Source: an uncultured delta proteobacterium (GTDB taxonomy: Bacteria; Myxococcota_A; Polyangia; Polyangiales; Polyangiaceae). Taken from it: a stretch of DNA of 64,000 nt. The stretch lies in assembly GCA_963782055.1 (NCBI GenBank), contig CAWAIF010000003.1, forward strand, positions 1,312,001 to 1,376,000. Reading direction: 5' to 3'. The notes under the pieces were generated by a model that saw only the letters and a list, made by a program, of their open reading frames with translations, had not been told where the DNA came from and searched no databases. How positions within the stretch are numbered: position 1 is the first letter of the stretch; each line of letters opens with the position of its first letter. Shown here in pieces: positions 60,031 to 64,000 of this stretch. Position numbers and translations under genes: made by a program.

Positions 60031-60043
60031 GCCCCTACCTGTT

Positions 60044-60097
60044 GTCACAGGGGCGGCACGCGCCGCCCCTCCCCGCCCAAGTGAATCGGGCGGGGCC
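60044..60097. repeat. 54-bp hairpin repeat downstream of iscS
   Basis: Direct repeat of 58738-58791. Confidence 0.85.
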
Positions 60098-60180
60098 CCT
60101 CCCCACGCGGGCCCTCCGCTACGCGTCGGGCATCTCAACCTGGTGATGTCTTCAACGAGTTCGAGAGGAGAACGAACGTC

Positions 60181-60576
60181 ATGGCGTACAGCGACAAGGT
60201 CATCGACCACGCCGAGAACCCGCGCAACGTGGGCACCCTCGACAAGAACGACCCTACCGTGGGCACTGGGCTCGTCGGCGCACCCGCGTGCGGCGACGTC
60301 ATGCGCCTGCAGATCAAGGTCAACGACCAGGGCGTCATCGAGGACGCCAAGTTCAAGACCTTCGGCTGCGGCTCGGCCATCGCCAGCTCGTCTCTCGCCA
60401 CCGAGTGGATCAAGGGCAAGAGCATCGACGAGGCGGAGAAGATCAAGAACGTCGACATCGTCACCGAGCTCAACCTGCCGCCGGTGAAGATCCACTGCTC
60501 GGTGCTGGCGGAGGACGCCATCAAGAGCGCCATCGCCGATTTCCGCGCGAAGAAGCAGGCGCGCGCAGCCAAGTGA
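60181..60576 (+). CDS. iscU: Fe-S scaffold IscU
   Basis: GAPACGD; FGCGSA; LPPVKIHCS. Confidence 0.97.
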   Translation: MAYSDKVIDHAENPRNVGTLDKNDPTVGTGLVGAPACGDVMRLQIKVNDQGVIEDAKFKTFGCGSAIASSSLATEWIKGKSIDEAEKIKNVDIVTELNLPPVKIHCSVLAEDAIKSAIADFRAKKQARAAK

Positions 60577-60619
60577 CCGGGGCGCGCGCCGCGCCGTCGC
60601 GCGACGCGTGCACAACGCC

Positions 60620-61015
60620 ATGAACACCCAGACTCCCAGCAAGACGACTGAAGCCGAGACCCCGGCGCGCGCGGCGATCACCGTGACGCCCAAGGCGGTC
60701 GAGGCCATCAAGAAGCAGGTGCACAAGCGCGGCGTGCCGGAGACGTCGCTGCGTCTCGGCATCCGTGGCGGCGGCTGCTCCGGCTTCTCCTACGTCATCG
60801 AGTTCCACGACGGCGCCCCGCGCGCGAAGGACCGCGTCTTCGACTACACCGCGGAGGACGGCACCCCGGTGCGCGTGGTGGTGGACCCGAAGAGCCTGAT
60901 CTACCTCGCCGGCACCGAGCTCGACTGGGAGCAGACGCTCATGTCGCAGGGCTTCAAGTTCAAGAACCCGAACGAGAAGACGAGCTGCGGCTGCGGGCAC
61001 AGCTTCACCGTCTAA
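60620..61015 (+). CDS. iscA: A-type Fe-S carrier IscA
   Basis: GGGCSGFSY; NPN...SCGCGHSF. Confidence 0.95.
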   Translation: MNTQTPSKTTEAETPARAAITVTPKAVEAIKKQVHKRGVPETSLRLGIRGGGCSGFSYVIEFHDGAPRAKDRVFDYTAEDGTPVRVVVDPKSLIYLAGTELDWEQTLMSQGFKFKNPNEKTSCGCGHSFTV

Positions 61016-61215
61016 CTCCACTGCTGGAGACCTCATCCCATGATTCGCCATGTCCTCTCGGTCGAACCGCGGCAGCGGGACGACAGCGGCGAGGCCGCCG
61101 GAGTGTGTTTCGCCGGTGGCGACGGCCGCGAGGTTTGCCCGCCGGGGCTTCTCGCTGCCGCTCCTCGAGCGCGAGCGACGAGCAAGGTCGCGACAACCTT
61201 CCGGCAGTAGGACCA

Positions 61216-61740
61216 GTGGACCCCTTCGCCACCCTCGGCATCCCGCGCCGGTTCGACCTGGACCTCGGCGCGGTGGAGAAGACGCACCGCGAGCTCTCGC
61301 GCGCGCTTCACCCGGACCGCTACGCCGGCGCCTCGGCGAGCGAGCGGCGCGCCGCGCTCACCAAGGCGGCGGACGTCAACGAGGCGTGGCGCACGGTGCG
61401 CGATCCGGTGCGGCGCGCCGGGGCGCTCTTCGCCCTCGCCGGCGCCGCCGTGGGCGAGGACCGGGAGCCGAAGCCCGCGCCCGACTTCCTGATGGAGGTC
61501 ATGGAGCAGCGCGAGGCCCTGGCGGAGGCGAAGGCGGCGCGGGACGCCGCCCGCGTGCGGGCTCTGGCGCAGGACATCGAGGCCCGCGCGGCCGACGCGG
61601 AGCGACGCCTGGGGGCGGCGCTGGTGCCGGGTGCGCAGGCGGAATCATTGACCAGTCAACTCCCCGTCCTCGGCGAGCTGCGCTTCTACAAGCGCTTCCT
61701 CGAGGAGGTCGCCGTCATCGAAGAGGAGCTCGAGGCCTGA
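61216..61740 (+). CDS. hscB: Co-chaperone HscB
   Basis: DPFATLG; HPD; VNEAW; FLMEVME. Confidence 0.92.
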   Translation: MDPFATLGIPRRFDLDLGAVEKTHRELSRALHPDRYAGASASERRAALTKAADVNEAWRTVRDPVRRAGALFALAGAAVGEDREPKPAPDFLMEVMEQREALAEAKAARDAARVRALAQDIEARAADAERRLGAALVPGAQAESLTSQLPVLGELRFYKRFLEEVAVIEEELEA

Positions 61741-61741
61741 G

Positions 61742-63691
61742 ATGTTGTTCGAGATCTTCGACCCCAAGGCCGCGCCCAAGCCGGTCGGCATCGACCTGGG
61801 CACCACCAACTCGGTGGTGGCCTGCGTGCGCAACGAGAAGCCGCAGCCCATCGCCGACTGCAACGGGGAGATCCTGGTACCCAGCGTGGTCTCGTACGCG
61901 GAGGAGACGCCCGTCGTCGGCACGCGCGCGCAGGGCCTGGCGCTGGAGCACCCCCGCGAGACGATCGTCAGCGTGAAGCGCTTCATGGGGCGCGGCGCGG
62001 ACGATCCGGAGACGCGACGGCTCGGCCCCTACGAGTTCGCCGACGCCGCGCCGGGCGGGCCCAACGTGGTGCGCTTCAAGGTGAAGGGCCACGAGCTCAC
62101 GCCCGTCGAGGTGAGCGCCGACATCCTGCGCGAGCTCAAGCAGCGCGCGGAGGACGAGCTCGGGCGCATCGGCGGCGCGGTCATCACGGTGCCGGCGTAC
62201 TTCGACGACGCGCAGCGGCAGGCCACCAAGGACGCCGCGCGCCTCGCCGGCCTGGAGGTGCTGCGCCTGCTCAACGAGCCCACCGCGGCGGCGCTCGCCT
62301 ACGGCCTGCAGACGAAGCAAAACGGCCACTTCGTCGTCTACGATCTGGGCGGCGGCACCTTCGACGTCACCGTGCTCCTGCTGGAGGACGGCGTCTTCCA
62401 GGTGAAGTCCACCGGCGGCGACAGCGCCCTCGGCGGCGACGACATGGACCGCGCGATCGCCAATGAGGTGCTGGAGCAGCTCGGGTGGCTCTCGGCGGAC
62501 AAGGCCAAGGCGCACGCCCTCACGCGGCACCCGAAGCTCACCCCCGGCGTGGTGCGCCTGGTGCTGGACAAGGCGCGCGCGATGAAGCACCTGCTCACGA
62601 CCAAGGACGCGGTCTCCGGCGAGGTGCCGCTCCCCGACGGGGGATCGCGCGTCGCGCGATTGACGCGCCTGCGCTTCGACGAGCTGGTGCTCCCCCTGCT
62701 CGAGCGCACGGGCGCGGCGTGCAAGCGCGCCCTGCGCGACGCCGGCTTCAAGCCCGGCGATCTGGACGGCGTCATCCTGGTGGGCGGCGCGACGCGCGTG
62801 CCCGCGGTGCGCGCGTACGTGAAGAAGCTCTTCGGCAAGGACCCGCTGGCCGACATCGATCCGGACCAGGTGGTGGCGCTGGGCGCCGCGGTGCAGGCGG
62901 ACCTGCTGGCGGGGCAGGGGAACCCCGAGGACGTGCTCCTGCTCGACGTCATCCCGCTCTCGCTGGGCATCGAGGTGGGCGGCGGCGTGGTGGACAAGAT
63001 CCTCCCGCGCAACACCACCATCCCGACGGCCGCGCGCTCCACCTACACCACGCAGCAGGACAGGCAGACGGGCTTCGAGATCCACGTGCTGCAGGGCGAG
63101 CGGGAGATGGCCTCCGACTGCCGCAGCCTGGCGCGCTTCACCCTCAAGGGGATCCCGCCCATGCCTGCGGGCCTGGCGCGGCTGGAGGTGACCTTCCGCG
63201 TCGACGCCGACGGCCTGCTCTCCGTCCACGCCAAGGAGACGACCACCGGCGTGGAGCAGACGGTGCACGTGACGCCGAGCTACGGCCTGGACGACGCGAC
63301 GGTGGAGAAGATGCTCCTCGACGCGCTGGACCACGGCGAGGACGATCTGCGGGCGCGGCGGCTCGCGGAGGGTCGCGTGGAGGCGGGGCGCATCCTGCTG
63401 GCGACGGGCAAGGCGCTGGAGGCGGATCCGGATCTGCTCCAGCCCGGGGAGCGCGAGCGCGTCGCGGCGGCGATGAAGGCGCTGGAGCAGGCGTGCGCGG
63501 GAGACGACCCGCGCAAGGTCACCGCGCGCATCGACGAGCTGGACATGGCGACGAAGGAGTTCGCGGGGCGGCGGATGAACCGGGCGATCGCCCGCGCCAT
63601 CGAGGGCAAGAAGGTGGACCAGCTGGACGAGGAAGTGGCGCACGCGAAGGGCATCGAGCGCGCCCACGAGCAACCGGATCTCGGGAGCTGA
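61742..63691 (+). CDS. hscA: Fe-S assembly chaperone HscA (Hsp70)
   Basis: [35 protein letters not shown]; isc context. Confidence 0.95.
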   Translation: MLFEIFDPKAAPKPVGIDLGTTNSVVACVRNEKPQPIADCNGEILVPSVVSYAEETPVVGTRAQGLALEHPRETIVSVKRFMGRGADDPETRRLGPYEFADAAPGGPNVVRFKVKGHELTPVEVSADILRELKQRAEDELGRIGGAVITVPAYFDDAQRQATKDAARLAGLEVLRLLNEPTAAALAYGLQTKQNGHFVVYDLGGGTFDVTVLLLEDGVFQVKSTGGDSALGGDDMDRAIANEVLEQLGWLSADKAKAHALTRHPKLTPGVVRLVLDKARAMKHLLTTKDAVSGEVPLPDGGSRVARLTRLRFDELVLPLLERTGAACKRALRDAGFKPGDLDGVILVGGATRVPAVRAYVKKLFGKDPLADIDPDQVVALGAAVQADLLAGQGNPEDVLLLDVIPLSLGIEVGGGVVDKILPRNTTIPTAARSTYTTQQDRQTGFEIHVLQGEREMASDCRSLARFTLKGIPPMPAGLARLEVTFRVDADGLLSVHAKETTTGVEQTVHVTPSYGLDDATVEKMLLDALDHGEDDLRARRLAEGRVEAGRILLATGKALEADPDLLQPGERERVAAAMKALEQACAGDDPRKVTARIDELDMATKEFAGRRMNRAIARAIEGKKVDQLDEEVAHAKGIERAHEQPDLGS

Positions 63692-63692
63692 C

Positions 63693-64000
63693 ATGCCGAA
63701 GGTGATCTTCCGCGGGTACGCCGAGGTGGAGGTGCCGGTGGGGACGTCCATCCTGCAGGCGGCGCAGAAGGTGGAGGCGCCGGAGGGCTACGCGTGTGGA
63801 GGCGTGTGCGCCTGCTCCACGTGCCACGTCTACGTGCACGAGGGCCAGGAGCTCCTGAGCGAGGCGGAGGACGAGGAGCTGGACATCCTGGACAAGGCCT
63901 TCGACGTGCGCGCCAGCTCGCGCCTGGGGTGTCAGTCGAAGATCGAGGCGGACGGGGTCGTGGAGGTGGAGATCACCCGCGAGAGCCTGGAGGCCTACGA
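63693..64000 (+). CDS. fdx: ISC [2Fe-2S] ferredoxin (3' truncated; not in ORF track)
   Basis: MPKVIF...ACGGVCACSTCHVY...SRLGCQ. Confidence 0.93.
   Translation, partial: MPKVIFRGYAEVEVPVGTSILQAAQKVEAPEGYACGGVCACSTCHVYVHEGQELLSEAEDEELDILDKAFDVRASSRLGCQSKIEADGVVEVEITRESLEAY

Overview
Very GC-rich bacterial chromosomal window that looks myxobacterial (Polyangiaceae/Sorangiineae-like). The inference rests on three eukaryote-like Ser/Thr kinases, Cys/Gly-rich lipoproteins, an AgmX/PglI-like lipoprotein and several sigma54-type promoters. Housekeeping loci: PIN-PhoH, yajC-secD-secF, mlaF-mlaD, a cystathionine lyase/synthase, ssb, an RpoD-like sigma factor, two acyl-CoA dehydrogenases, apaG-cyaY-truncated globin, and an isc operon (iscS-iscU-iscA-hscB-hscA-fdx). 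No rRNA, tRNA, transposase, integrase or cas gene was recognised. Most notable observations: (1) the isc operon is headed by a Cys-rich MerR-family regulator with a palindrome at its start codon, in place of IscR; (2) two copies of a kinase / TPR-PEGA-like protein / surface lipoprotein three-gene module; (3) two arrays of a 46-bp double-hairpin repeat with GNA triloops (13 and 4 units); (4) a TGTCC-N2-GGACA palindrome upstream of three sigma54-like promoters, at identical spacing in two of them; (5) two further small dispersed repeat families, a shared GATAG-N7-CTATC operator before tandem PGRS-like genes, and a cassette-like A-x-B-A-y-B remnant at the window start. All calls were made by eye from motifs; no database search was run.
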